From a virus (lineage: Duplodnaviria > Heunggongvirae > Uroviricota > Caudoviricetes), in the IMG/VR virus record IMGVR_UViG_3300045988_004821: a DNA stretch of 64,000 nucleotides. The stretch is one strand, 5' to 3'. This document shows positions 56,424-63,997 of this stretch, one piece after another. Each line of letters begins with the position of its first letter. Within the stretch, counting starts at the first letter, position 1. The notes beneath the pieces were generated by a model that searched no databases, was not told where the DNA came from, and worked only from the letters and a program-made list of their open reading frames with translations. Both the position numbers and the translations under genes were made by a program.

Positions 56424-57096
56424 TGAAGTCCTGTGTCATGCTTATGACTTGCATCCTCATGAGTTTGGTCTTGATTCCTGTGTATGGACTCCAGAACAGT
56501 GCAGGGATTTTGAAGACACAGCAAGAGAAGTTGTATGTTCACTTGAAGAGTTCCACACATCAGAGCCAATTGTGAATGTTGTAGATAAAGAGACTGGACA
56601 AACTATAGGGGTAAGTCGTGATAGTTTAGTCATAGTCAATAAAGACCTTGTAGAAAAAGGTAACCTCATCTTAGCAGATATTGATGGTGTTCTTACAAAT
56701 TTTAATCACGAAGATTGCTCAACGGAATTGACTGATGGGTCATTCTCACAGTACACTAATCTTCTTGACTCTGTAAGAGCAAAACCAACGTATGTTTTTA
56801 GTATTATTGATGCAATTGCTAATCATGCTGCCATTGGACTCTTGACAGCGAGAGGTGAATCTCAGAGAATACCTACTGAGATGTTTTTAAGGCATAACAT
56901 AGAGCATGACTACATGCTTTTTATGCGTGGTTTTGGAACTAACTCTATAAGTGCAGAAAGTTTGAAAGTGAGGATGATTCAGTCTTGCATCCTGCCTTAC
57001 TTTAATATAGTATGTTTTATAGAAGACACAGAGAAGAATGTGCAGAAGGTGAACAGAATCCTTCCACACATTAAAACCATGTTAGTTAAACATTGA
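56401..57096 (+). CDS. hypothetical protein, possible HAD-like phosphatase
   Basis: Internal ILADIDGVLTN resembles HAD motif I; otherwise unrecognised. Confidence 0.25.
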   Translation: MKKLRKSDEVLCHAYDLHPHEFGLDSCVWTPEQCRDFEDTAREVVCSLEEFHTSEPIVNVVDKETGQTIGVSRDSLVIVNKDLVEKGNLILADIDGVLTNFNHEDCSTELTDGSFSQYTNLLDSVRAKPTYVFSIIDAIANHAAIGLLTARGESQRIPTEMFLRHNIEHDYMLFMRGFGTNSISAESLKVRMIQSCILPYFNIVCFIEDTEKNVQKVNRILPHIKTMLVKH

Positions 57097-57106
57097 GAGA
57101 AAACTT

Positions 57107-57571
57107 ATGAACAATATCATTACGGTAGCACTGGACGATACGGTAAACAAATCTGCAATAGTTCGTAAAATGATTCAAGGTAACTTTGAAGGTAAAATTT
57201 TTCGTGCTGTTAATGTAAAAGCTGATGGCAGCATTCGTGAATATCGTGCATTATTGAATGTTAAAAAACACGTAAAAGGTGCTGGTTCAACGACTGCACA
57301 CAAAGAAAACCTGATGACTATCTATGATATGGGTAAGGCTTCAGAGTTAGGTGCTGAAGGTATCGTTAAAGAAGGTGCTCCGTATCGCTCTTTCAATCTG
57401 GAAACTACTCTTATGCTTTCCTTTACAAGTGATTCTAAAACAATCACTTACCTCTTTACTGATGCTGCAACGGTATCTGCTATTAAGGATAGCACTGTCA
57501 AAGCTGGCGTAGTTGCTGCTGCAAAAGCTTCTTCGATGGCTGCGAATATCCTTGCTAAAGTCCTCGGTTAA
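57107..57571 (+). CDS. hypothetical protein
   Basis: 154-aa ORF followed by UUCG-loop terminator. Confidence 0.3.
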   Translation: MNNIITVALDDTVNKSAIVRKMIQGNFEGKIFRAVNVKADGSIREYRALLNVKKHVKGAGSTTAHKENLMTIYDMGKASELGAEGIVKEGAPYRSFNLETTLMLSFTSDSKTITYLFTDAATVSAIKDSTVKAGVVAAAKASSMAANILAKVLG

Positions 57572-57582
57572 GGTTAAGATAC

Positions 57583-57604
57583 AGGCTCCTTCGGGAGCCT
57601 TTTT
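57583..57604 (+). terminator. rho-independent terminator upstream of spanin genes
   Basis: AGGCTCC-TTCG-GGAGCCT followed by TTTT. Confidence 0.65.
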
Positions 57605-57623
57605 CATTTTAGGAGATTGTTAA

Positions 57624-57971
57624 ATGACATTTAAAGAGTTCTGTCAAGCTACTTTCATAATTGTTTTCTTAGTTGGTGCAGGTGTCTGGGGAGGATACTC
57701 TTACAGAGACTATCAAGTTGCTGAAACTGAGCTAAATAATGAGAAACTAATAAGTGTTGCTAAAGATGCTTATCAGGAAGGTTTAGCAACACTCAGCACC
57801 AATTACAAAAATGATTTGAAAGACGTGCTTGCTAAGAATAAGCACACAAAAGAGGTACTAACATATGAAAAAACTAAGCCAGAGTTTTATAATGTTTGTG
57901 TTACTGATAATTATGTCAGGGTGTTCAACGAACAAAGTGAACAGTACATTCAAAAACTCCCAAGTAAGTGA
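57624..57971 (+). CDS. putative i-spanin (Rz-like)
   Basis: N-terminal transmembrane helix ATFIIVFLVGAGVWGG then helical periplasmic domain; o-spanin-like ORF overlaps its 3' end out of frame. Confidence 0.5.
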   Translation: MTFKEFCQATFIIVFLVGAGVWGGYSYRDYQVAETELNNEKLISVAKDAYQEGLATLSTNYKNDLKDVLAKNKHTKEVLTYEKTKPEFYNVCVTDNYVRVFNEQSEQYIQKLPSK

Positions 57972-58134
57972 GAGTGACAAGTACACTCAAGAAGAGTCAA
58001 GATTCACTGTCAAAGGTAATACCGGTAGTGATGTGGCAGCAGCCCTTGAGTTTTATCGTGATGGTTTTTATCAGTGCACAATAAAAGCTAATAACCTTAT
58101 TGACATGATTTTATTAGGAAACAAACAGCAATGA
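57865..58134 (+). CDS. putative o-spanin (Rz1-like lipoprotein)
   Basis: Lipoprotein signal MKKLSQSFIMFVLLIIMSGCS; RBS GAGG upstream; starts inside i-spanin gene. Confidence 0.5.
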   Translation: MKKLSQSFIMFVLLIIMSGCSTNKVNSTFKNSQVSESDKYTQEESRFTVKGNTGSDVAAALEFYRDGFYQCTIKANNLIDMILLGNKQQ

Positions 58135-58400
58135 CAGAGAACGAAGACACTTTCTATGTAGAAGGGTACTTACTGCTACCACGACCAAAAGAAACTTATA
58201 TGCGAATTGACTTCTTACCAACCATTATGGATAATGTGATGTGTCATATCTTTATGCAAGGTGTCACAGCACAGCTTAAGCATGTTGGTAAAGATTGCAA
58301 AATAAAGGTTGACACTCATCCAGAAATCAAAGAGAATCACTACACATGGTTCTTACCAGATTCTAAAGAAATCTTAGCAGTTCTTAAAACGAGGAAATGA
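58131..58400 (+). CDS. hypothetical protein
   Basis: 89-aa ORF. Confidence 0.3.
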   Translation: MTENEDTFYVEGYLLLPRPKETYMRIDFLPTIMDNVMCHIFMQGVTAQLKHVGKDCKIKVDTHPEIKENHYTWFLPDSKEILAVLKTRK

Positions 58401-58711
58401 TTATGCAATTCCAGCCAACAAATCGTGGATTTTCTTATGCAGAATTTAAAGATGCTAAAGGGGAAATTTGTACTTTACAAGAGAGTTCATCATACGAACC
58501 ATGTATCTGGTTAGGTGCTAAAGAGGTCTCTGTTCAGTACCTAGATGGTGGCTGGAAAACACTTGATATCCCAGCATTAGTAGGCAAAGATTTTGTAGGT
58601 AACCAAAGAATGAAACTCAACCAAGAACAGGTAAAAGAACTGTTGCCGTACCTTCAATACTTTGCTGAAAATGGTGAATTACCAACAGAGGAACTTACAA
58701 ATGCAGATTAA
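58397..58711 (+). CDS. hypothetical protein
   Basis: 104-aa ORF. Confidence 0.3.
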   Translation: MIMQFQPTNRGFSYAEFKDAKGEICTLQESSSYEPCIWLGAKEVSVQYLDGGWKTLDIPALVGKDFVGNQRMKLNQEQVKELLPYLQYFAENGELPTEELTNAD

Positions 58712-59024
58712 TGGAAGAGACTTTGTAGCCGTTTACTACGAGAAAGGTAAAGAGGTTGGTGTAGCACAAGTAACTTATGGCAATGGTAAGTGGCTATATG
58801 GAACAATTGCAGTAGTCGGAACAAGGAGTGATACAAAAACTTTCAAAGATTGTGTTGACCTTCTTGAAGAATCCATTCAGAATCATTGGTGTCTGATATG
58901 GATGACTGACAACGAAGTGATGGAGCGTTTCAAAAAGATTGATATCAACATTGATAGTATTGAGCATGTTGACTTATATGAGCTAACTGAGAAGGTAAAC
59001 TATGAAAGCTCTAGAGGTAATTGA
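58662..59024 (+). CDS. hypothetical protein
   Basis: 120-aa ORF. Confidence 0.3.
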   Translation: MLKMVNYQQRNLQMQINGRDFVAVYYEKGKEVGVAQVTYGNGKWLYGTIAVVGTRSDTKTFKDCVDLLEESIQNHWCLIWMTDNEVMERFKKIDINIDSIEHVDLYELTEKVNYESSRGN

Positions 59025-59229
59025 TAGAGACACTGGAGAAGTTACATCAGCATGTGTTTTCGTTAGTAACGACACAGTGATACCGTTTTACAATCTCGAT
59101 AGTTTTAGTTTTACAGGGATAACTCCAGAAGAATACTTTCAAGACCTCACCTTTGCCAGAATTTCTATAGATACATTCTATAAATGCTTCTATGATGAAG
59201 GCAAAGAATTACGAGAAACTGAACTATAA
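59002..59229 (+). CDS. hypothetical protein
   Basis: 75-aa ORF. Confidence 0.3.
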   Translation: MKALEVIDRDTGEVTSACVFVSNDTVIPFYNLDSFSFTGITPEEYFQDLTFARISIDTFYKCFYDEGKELRETEL

Positions 59230-59241
59230 GGTGTATATTAT

Positions 59242-59442
59242 ATGGCTGACTTCTGCAAAGACTGTTCTATCGAAATGTTCGGACGTGATACAGGTGACTT
59301 AAAAGGTCTTATCACTGAAGATGACTTTAAAGCTGGTTATGCAATGCCAGTAATCTGTGAAGGTTGCGGGTGTATCTGGGTAGACCACGAAGGACAACGT
59401 GTAAAACCTTCAGAAGATAAAGAATCTTGGGAGAGATGTTAA
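59242..59442 (+). CDS. small zinc-ribbon protein
   Basis: CKDC ... CEGCGC Cys pairs. Confidence 0.3.
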   Translation: MADFCKDCSIEMFGRDTGDLKGLITEDDFKAGYAMPVICEGCGCIWVDHEGQRVKPSEDKESWERC

Positions 59443-60222
59443 ATGGGTATTGTAAAAGTTGTAAAAGGTAACTTACTGGCTGCCTTCAAAAACACAGATA
59501 TTGAGTTAATTGCTCATGGTTGCAACTGTCGTAACCTCATGGGCGCTGGAATCGCTCAAAAAATTGCTAAGATTTTCCCAAAAGCTGAAGAAGCTGACCG
59601 GAAATTCCATAAAAAGTTTGGCTACAGTGCTCATGATATCGGATACCAGATGGTTGGTGAGGTGTCACATGCTCGAACGGAGTATGGTTACATTTTTAAC
59701 CTATATACACAGTTGGATGTTGGGAAGTGTGCATCATACCGATACTTAGTGGAGTCACTAGAAAAACTCCGTAAATTTTGCTGGCTGCACAACATTCGTA
59801 AGATTGGTTTACCTATGATTGGGGCAGGTATCGGTGGTTTAGATGCACAAGCTGTGAAAAGCCTCATTAATAGTGTTATGTATAACGTTGATGTGTACCT
59901 CTACGTCTATGATGAAACAATGGCAAGTGTAGTTACCCCTAAGTATGCTACCTCAGCACCACAATTCTATGATGGTGTCGTGCTAAGTGACGGGAAGACT
60001 AATCAAGTTACCCTCTATCAACTTGTTGAAGGTAAGGTTGAGGTTAGTTACCCTCTGGTTAGTGAGATGGGTATGTGCAACAGTGAAATGTTCCCAGTTG
60101 ACCCGTTTGGAAGATATGAAGGTGTATTCTTTGATAACTACCCAGCAGCGTACATCTACACAACAAATCAGGATGAAGTTCACTACTTGCTGTATTCTAA
60201 AAAGTTCAAATTCATAAGCTGA
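59443..60222 (+). CDS. TARG1/DarG-like macrodomain protein (putative ADP-ribose hydrolase) with C-terminal extension
   Basis: AHGCNCRNLMGAGIA and GLPMIGAGIGGLD match TARG1 blocks HCISEDCRMGAGIA and SMPRIGCGLDRL; about 95 extra C-terminal residues. Confidence 0.65.
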   Translation: MGIVKVVKGNLLAAFKNTDIELIAHGCNCRNLMGAGIAQKIAKIFPKAEEADRKFHKKFGYSAHDIGYQMVGEVSHARTEYGYIFNLYTQLDVGKCASYRYLVESLEKLRKFCWLHNIRKIGLPMIGAGIGGLDAQAVKSLINSVMYNVDVYLYVYDETMASVVTPKYATSAPQFYDGVVLSDGKTNQVTLYQLVEGKVEVSYPLVSEMGMCNSEMFPVDPFGRYEGVFFDNYPAAYIYTTNQDEVHYLLYSKKFKFIS

Positions 60223-60255
60223 TTAGTACTTTACAGTATCTACAAATCATCTAAG

Positions 60256-60301
60256 AAGGCTGCCTAACCCATTGAAAAATTTAAGGTAAGGCGGCCTTTT
60301 T
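60256..60301 (+). terminator. long-loop hairpin with T-run after macrodomain gene (possible terminator)
   Basis: AAGGCTGCCT ... AGGCGGCCTT stem (one wobble), 23-nt loop, then TTTTT. Confidence 0.35.
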
Positions 60302-60440
60302 CATTTTCAATTTGTGCAGGTATCTGTAGGGGTCTGTACAGATATCCCAAAAAATCTCATCGCCGGATAGAAAAATCATTTTCAAAACGTGCAGACCCCG
60401 CTCAGGTCGGGCAAGAAAAATCATTTTAGAATCGTGCAGG
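60301..60440 (+). repeat. three 20-bp direct repeats TCATTTT(C/A)NA(A/T)N(T/C)GTGCAG
   Basis: Copies at about 60301-60320, 60376-60395, 60421-60440 in a 490-bp ORF-free region. Confidence 0.5.
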
Positions 60441-60466
60441 TAGGTTTTTATAGAGAGCCAGACCAA

Positions 60467-60497
60467 CCCCTCTCCCCCTCTTACTCCCCCTCTCCCC
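60467..60497. repeat. homopyrimidine mirror repeat (potential H-DNA/triplex)
   Basis: CCCCTCTCCCCCTC-TTA-CTCCCCCTCTCCCC: 14-nt arms with perfect mirror symmetry. Confidence 0.55.
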
Positions 60498-60618
60498 AAA
60501 AGTCAAGAGAAAAATTTGTAGCGGATTGAAAAATAATTATTGATTTGTGTTCTGTTTTGTGGTAGTCGTGTGCGCCCGTTTCATTACAGTTTTTCCAAAA
60601 ATATTTTTAAAATTTTTC

Positions 60619-60647
60619 TTGACTCTTTGAACGTGGTTATCTAGTAT
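60619..60647 (+). promoter_or_regulatory. strong sigma70-like promoter of cassette A1
   Basis: TTGACT-17 bp-TAGTAT with AT-rich UP-like tract upstream; hairpin and RBS follow. Confidence 0.55.
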
Positions 60648-60650
60648 TTG

Positions 60651-60710
60651 CATCAACGGGGAGGGAATGACCTTCCCCACTAAATAAAGTCCTAAACTGG
60701 AGATTCAAAA
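60651..60710 (+). promoter_or_regulatory. cassette A1: 5' leader hairpin plus conserved RBS block
   Basis: ATCAACGGGGAGGGAATGACCTTCCCCACTAAATAAAGTCCTAAACTGGAGATTCAAAA then ATG. Confidence 0.5.
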
Positions 60711-61091
60711 ATGGCATATCGTGCACCTAAATTCATCAACAAAGACAACTTTCGCAACGCACTGGAGAAGTCACTTGATGAGAATTTTAAAGGTAATGTT
60801 ATTGTTGTTCACTCGTTTAATTTTAAGTATGATATCAACGGGAATAAAATCAACCATTACACGGCAACAATGTTAGATGGCACGCTTTCAAGTGAAAAAA
60901 CCATTTTACATGCACTTGCTGGACGTGGTAAAAACCTGATAAAATGCGATAAGAGACGTTATCAGGGTGGCGCATATGGTTATGATGATGCTGTTTATCA
61001 TCTTGAAAATATGGGCTATAAAGTAGAAAAAGCTGGGGTATCGCAAATCATCGGTAGTGATGGCTATGTAACAATCTTCAAAATTAACTGA
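60711..61091 (+). CDS. hypothetical early protein (cassette gene 1)
   Basis: 126-aa ORF behind promoter/hairpin/RBS cassette A1. Confidence 0.4.
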   Translation: MAYRAPKFINKDNFRNALEKSLDENFKGNVIVVHSFNFKYDINGNKINHYTATMLDGTLSSEKTILHALAGRGKNLIKCDKRRYQGGAYGYDDAVYHLENMGYKVEKAGVSQIIGSDGYVTIFKIN

Positions 61092-61180
61092 TAAAGTACT
61101 TTACAAGGGGCTTATAGTTCGATAAAGTAAGCCCCAGATAAAGAGCTTTACCACTAAATCCTAAATTGGAGAACTTAAAA
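61092..61180 (+). promoter_or_regulatory. cassette B1: intergenic hairpin plus conserved leader/RBS
   Basis: AGTACTTTACA, hairpin GGGGCTTA-N13-TAAGCCCC (61107-61135), AGATAAAGAGCTTTACCACTAAATCCTAAATTGGAGAACTTAAAA then ATG. Confidence 0.5.
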
Positions 61181-61190
61181 ATGGCTATTA
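61092..61190 (+). repeat. 99-bp perfect direct repeat, copy 1 (partner 63114-63212)
   Basis: Identical by eye from TAAAGTACTTTACAAGGGG through ATGGCTATTA. Confidence 0.6.
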
Positions 61191-61438
61191 TCAAAAACGT
61201 TGTAATTACCGCAAAGACTCGTGATGACGCTCGTATCATGGCTAAAAAGTTATGCGGGAAAGTGGTTGACAACGGAAAACAATCTGCTGTAAGGTGGGGC
61301 GTGAAGGTTGATAAACAACTAACCTTAAAACGCAGTTCAAACAACCTTTTTAAAGGTGTAAAATCACTCGGTAAAGTGAACGTCTTTACCAAAAAAGGCT
61401 ATAAAATGCACTTATCATTAACTGGCAATTTAATCTGA
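61181..61438 (+). CDS. hypothetical early protein (cassette gene 2)
   Basis: ATG start preferred over track TTG at 61166; preceded by cassette B1. Confidence 0.4.
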   Translation: MAIIKNVVITAKTRDDARIMAKKLCGKVVDNGKQSAVRWGVKVDKQLTLKRSSNNLFKGVKSLGKVNVFTKKGYKMHLSLTGNLI

Positions 61439-61526
61439 TAAAGTACTTTACAGGGGGCTTAAAAGCTGATACCTTAAGCCCCAGATAAAGAGCTTTACCA
61501 CTAAATCCTAAACTGGAGATTCAAAA
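61439..61526 (+). promoter_or_regulatory. cassette B2
   Basis: Hairpin GGGGCTTA-N13-TAAGCCCC (about 61454-61482) with different loop, then conserved leader and RBS. Confidence 0.5.
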
Positions 61527-62039
61527 ATGAAAACTGTAGACGCTACCTTTGAAGTTGTAAAAGAAAAATTCACCATTATTTATGAAGCTGTCAATTGCTT
61601 TGAAGCAAGCCATAATCTTGATAATTGGGAGTTTACAGACGACCATCAAGGCGGTGTGACTGTTAAAAATCCTAACTATCAGCATAATGAATTTAAATAT
61701 GCAATTCCTTTGCATTACAGCCTTAAACAGCTTTCTAGTGACTATGCAAAACAAGGCCGGGGGAATCCATCAAAAGAGGCTTACGCCAGCTTACAGAAAG
61801 AACTAGAAAGAGATTTAGAGGCTTCAGAGTATAACCTTGCCGCGAAAGTTGTGGATGCAAACGGTAGCACGGTTTTAGAAAGTTTTTATCTTGGTTATGC
61901 TTTCGATTGGTGCTATCGTGACGGCGATGATTTAGAGGATAGACTAAAAGAAGAGGTGAACAACGCAGACGCAGAATCTGAAGTATTAGAACGTTTGGAA
62001 TCGTTGAAAGACTCAGTGATGAATATCTTTAAGAACTAA
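61527..62039 (+). CDS. hypothetical acidic early protein (cassette gene 3)
   Basis: 170 aa, Asp/Glu-rich; preceded by cassette B2. Confidence 0.4.
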   Translation: MKTVDATFEVVKEKFTIIYEAVNCFEASHNLDNWEFTDDHQGGVTVKNPNYQHNEFKYAIPLHYSLKQLSSDYAKQGRGNPSKEAYASLQKELERDLEASEYNLAAKVVDANGSTVLESFYLGYAFDWCYRDGDDLEDRLKEEVNNADAESEVLERLESLKDSVMNIFKN

Positions 62040-62130
62040 ATAGATTTCTTTACACGGGGCTAACAAGCGGATATGATAGCCCCAGATAAAGAGATTTATC
62101 AAATTAACCCTTAAACTAGGAGATTCAAAA
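62040..62130 (+). promoter_or_regulatory. cassette B3 (diverged copy)
   Basis: Hairpin GGGGCTA-N14-TAGCCCC (about 62056-62083) with compensatory stem change, then AGATAAAGAG...GGAGATTCAAAA then ATG. Confidence 0.45.
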
Positions 62131-62427
62131 ATGAAATTATCAAATAAAGTTAGGGAAAACCTTAGCAAATTACTCAATAAAATTGATTTTATCGAGACAT
62201 CAAGAAATAGTCATGATGTTATGGAATGGTTACACGGCAAAATAAAAGGCCGTCGTGTAGTGATTTGCTTATGGAATAGTTGCAGGGAGTATAAAAATCC
62301 TGTATTGCAAATTAATGTTTATGATGATACTTGTAAAAGTCCTGTTAAGTCTGAAAGTGATTTACTAGATTCTTATGAGATAACTGTAAATGGCAAAGTG
62401 TCACGCAAAGAGGAAGCACTATGTTAA
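62131..62427 (+). CDS. hypothetical early protein (cassette gene 4)
   Basis: 98-aa ORF preceded by cassette B3. Confidence 0.4.
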   Translation: MKLSNKVRENLSKLLNKIDFIETSRNSHDVMEWLHGKIKGRRVVICLWNSCREYKNPVLQINVYDDTCKSPVKSESDLLDSYEITVNGKVSRKEEALC

Positions 62428-62753
62428 TGATGGGTATCACTGCAATCATTGCTATTATGGCGCTATATAAGGCGTACAGCGCCTACAATCTGGCAAGTAA
62501 GGCAATCACGCAACAGGTCAATAATAGCCTTGTAATGAGTTTTCTGGAGCGTTTAAGTGATGAACAAATAAAACGGTTAGAAATGAGCTTCAGATTTCAA
62601 TCAAAAACTTATCAAATCAGCGACATTTTCAAAGATAATTTTCAGCTTGTCGATGATTATAACTCTCTGATAAATGCTTTAAATATCAGTGACTTAAAAG
62701 ACTATTACACTGTAATTGTCCAAGAACTGAACAAACGAAAAAATTTCTCTTGA
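62421..62753 (+). CDS. hypothetical membrane protein (cassette gene 5)
   Basis: N-terminal hydrophobic helix MGITAIIAIMALY; start overlaps upstream gene. Confidence 0.35.
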   Translation: MLMMGITAIIAIMALYKAYSAYNLASKAITQQVNNSLVMSFLERLSDEQIKRLEMSFRFQSKTYQISDIFKDNFQLVDDYNSLINALNISDLKDYYTVIVQELNKRKNFS

Positions 62754-62778
62754 TTTTAGTTTTAAAAACAAGTAAATT
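62750..62778 (+). promoter_or_regulatory. sigma70-like promoter of cassette A2
   Basis: TTGATT-17 bp-TAAATT followed by ATCAACGGGGAGG hairpin as in A1/A3. Confidence 0.45.
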
Positions 62779-62783
62779 ACTAA

Positions 62784-62843
62784 TCAACGGGGAGGGAATG
62801 GCCTTCCCCACTAAGTAAAGTCCTTAAACTAGGAGATTCTAAA
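62784..62843 (+). promoter_or_regulatory. cassette A2: 5' leader hairpin plus conserved RBS block
   Basis: Near-identical to A1 (GGGGAGGGAATGGCCTTCCCC ... CTAGGAGATTCTAAA then ATG). Confidence 0.5.
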
Positions 62844-63116
62844 ATGTACACTACTAACAACGGTCGCACCTTAAACGTAACCCTACGCCACTATGTGAAC
62901 GGTGTAATGCACTTCGAGGATTTACAAGCTGAACAGCACATTTTGGATTGGCAACTTGCAGGATTCCAAAAAACTGCTACAGGATACGGGAAAAAGATTC
63001 CAACCAGTTGGAAAGTATACTACGAAGGACGTTTACGCAGAATTTATCAAGATGTGCAAAGCAATAGCGCATCGAGTTACATTATAGTAAAAGGCAAAAA
63101 ACTGCATTTAATGTAA
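62844..63116 (+). CDS. hypothetical early protein (cassette gene 6)
   Basis: 90-aa ORF behind promoter/hairpin cassette A2. Confidence 0.4.
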   Translation: MYTTNNGRTLNVTLRHYVNGVMHFEDLQAEQHILDWQLAGFQKTATGYGKKIPTSWKVYYEGRLRRIYQDVQSNSASSYIIVKGKKLHLM

Positions 63117-63202
63117 AGTACTTTACAAGGGGCTTATAGTTCGATAAAGTAAGCCCCAGATAAAGAGCTTTACCACTAAATCCTAAATTGGAGAACTTAA
63201 AA
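63114..63202 (+). promoter_or_regulatory. cassette B4 (identical to B1)
   Basis: Hairpin about 63129-63157; sequence identical to B1 through the first codons. Confidence 0.5.
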
Positions 63203-63212
63203 ATGGCTATTA
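63114..63212 (+). repeat. 99-bp perfect direct repeat, copy 2 (partner 61092-61190)
   Basis: Same sequence as copy 1; spans stop codon, hairpin, leader and first codons. Confidence 0.6.
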
Positions 63213-63607
63213 ATAACCGTGAATTATCAATTTTAAAAGCACGTTTGACCGTTAATCGAATCAACATTATGACATCATCAGCGCCTGATGAGACATTGCA
63301 CAACATTATCGGAAAGATTCAAAGCGTTATTTTAGACGTTGAAAACGTAAAAAGCTCATTGGCTGACGTTGCAGCAGGTATCACACTAGATGGCGCACAA
63401 TATGAAATGTCCGACATGTTAGGCAAATCAAAGGTAATGAATAAAGAGCTTGATTTAAAGATGTTCCGATTTGCTGTTAAAGTATGGCTATCCGTCGAGT
63501 ATGACGCTAATTTTGCAATCGCTGATTTCTTTGCCACTTGGTTACAACGTAATTTGACAAATCACGATTTCCGTGATGTCTGCGATGCAATTTATGCAGA
63601 ACTCTAA
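63203..63607 (+). CDS. hypothetical early protein (cassette gene 7)
   Basis: ATG start preferred over track TTG at 63188; preceded by cassette B4. Confidence 0.4.
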   Translation: MAINNRELSILKARLTVNRINIMTSSAPDETLHNIIGKIQSVILDVENVKSSLADVAAGITLDGAQYEMSDMLGKSKVMNKELDLKMFRFAVKVWLSVEYDANFAIADFFATWLQRNLTNHDFRDVCDAIYAEL

Positions 63608-63616
63608 AAAATTTTG

Positions 63617-63645
63617 TTGACACTGGTTTTTAGATAGATTAAATT
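63617..63645 (+). promoter_or_regulatory. sigma70-like promoter of cassette A3
   Basis: TTGACA-17 bp-TAAATT followed by ATCAACGGGGAGG hairpin. Confidence 0.5.
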
Positions 63646-63649
63646 ACAC

Positions 63650-63708
63650 ATCAACGGGGAGGAAATGACCTCCCCCACTAAATAAAGTCCTAAACTGGAG
63701 ATTCAAAA
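63650..63708 (+). promoter_or_regulatory. cassette A3: 5' leader hairpin plus conserved RBS block
   Basis: GGGGAGG-AAATGA-CCTCCCC perfect 7-bp stem, then ACTAAATAAAGTCCTAAACTGGAGATTCAAAA then ATG. Confidence 0.5.
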
Positions 63709-63912
63709 ATGGCTATTATTAATGGTTTAACCATTGAAACTACACACATCAAAGATATCAAAGTTGGCGATATAGTCCTTTCCCACGGCGTAGAAAAAAC
63801 TGTCACTGCAAAGGATATTAAAGAGGATTCTTTCATGGGTAGGACTCTCTTCGGTGATTCTTATTGCTTAGGCTATCTTGCAGTTTTAAAAGTTGTCAAA
63901 AATAACAAATAA
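63709..63912 (+). CDS. hypothetical early protein (cassette gene 8)
   Basis: 67-aa ORF behind promoter/hairpin cassette A3. Confidence 0.4.
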   Translation: MAIINGLTIETTHIKDIKVGDIVLSHGVEKTVTAKDIKEDSFMGRTLFGDSYCLGYLAVLKVVKNNK

Positions 63913-63997
63913 AGTACTTTACAGGGGGCTTATAAGTCTGTACAGTAAGCCCCAGATAAAGAGCTTTACCACTAAATCCTAAACTGGAGATTCAAAA
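63913..63997 (+). promoter_or_regulatory. cassette B5
   Basis: Hairpin GGGGCTTA-N13-TAAGCCCC about 63925-63953, then conserved leader and RBS. Confidence 0.5.

Noticed and set aside
60281-60499. 72-aa - strand ORF across the control region
   Set aside because: It translates the 20-bp direct repeats and the polypyrimidine mirror repeat, giving an internally repetitive artefactual peptide; no RBS.
61084-61392. 102-aa - strand ORF (and its twin 63082-63306)
   Set aside because: Both share an identical N-terminal peptide only because they read through the duplicated cassette B on the antisense strand; they are antisense to cassette genes.
61166-61438. TTG-initiated version of cassette gene 2 (and 63188 for gene 7)
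   Set aside because: An ATG 15 nt downstream has a GGAG RBS at ideal spacing and matches the conserved ATGGCTATT start of other cassette genes; the TTG lies inside the RBS block.
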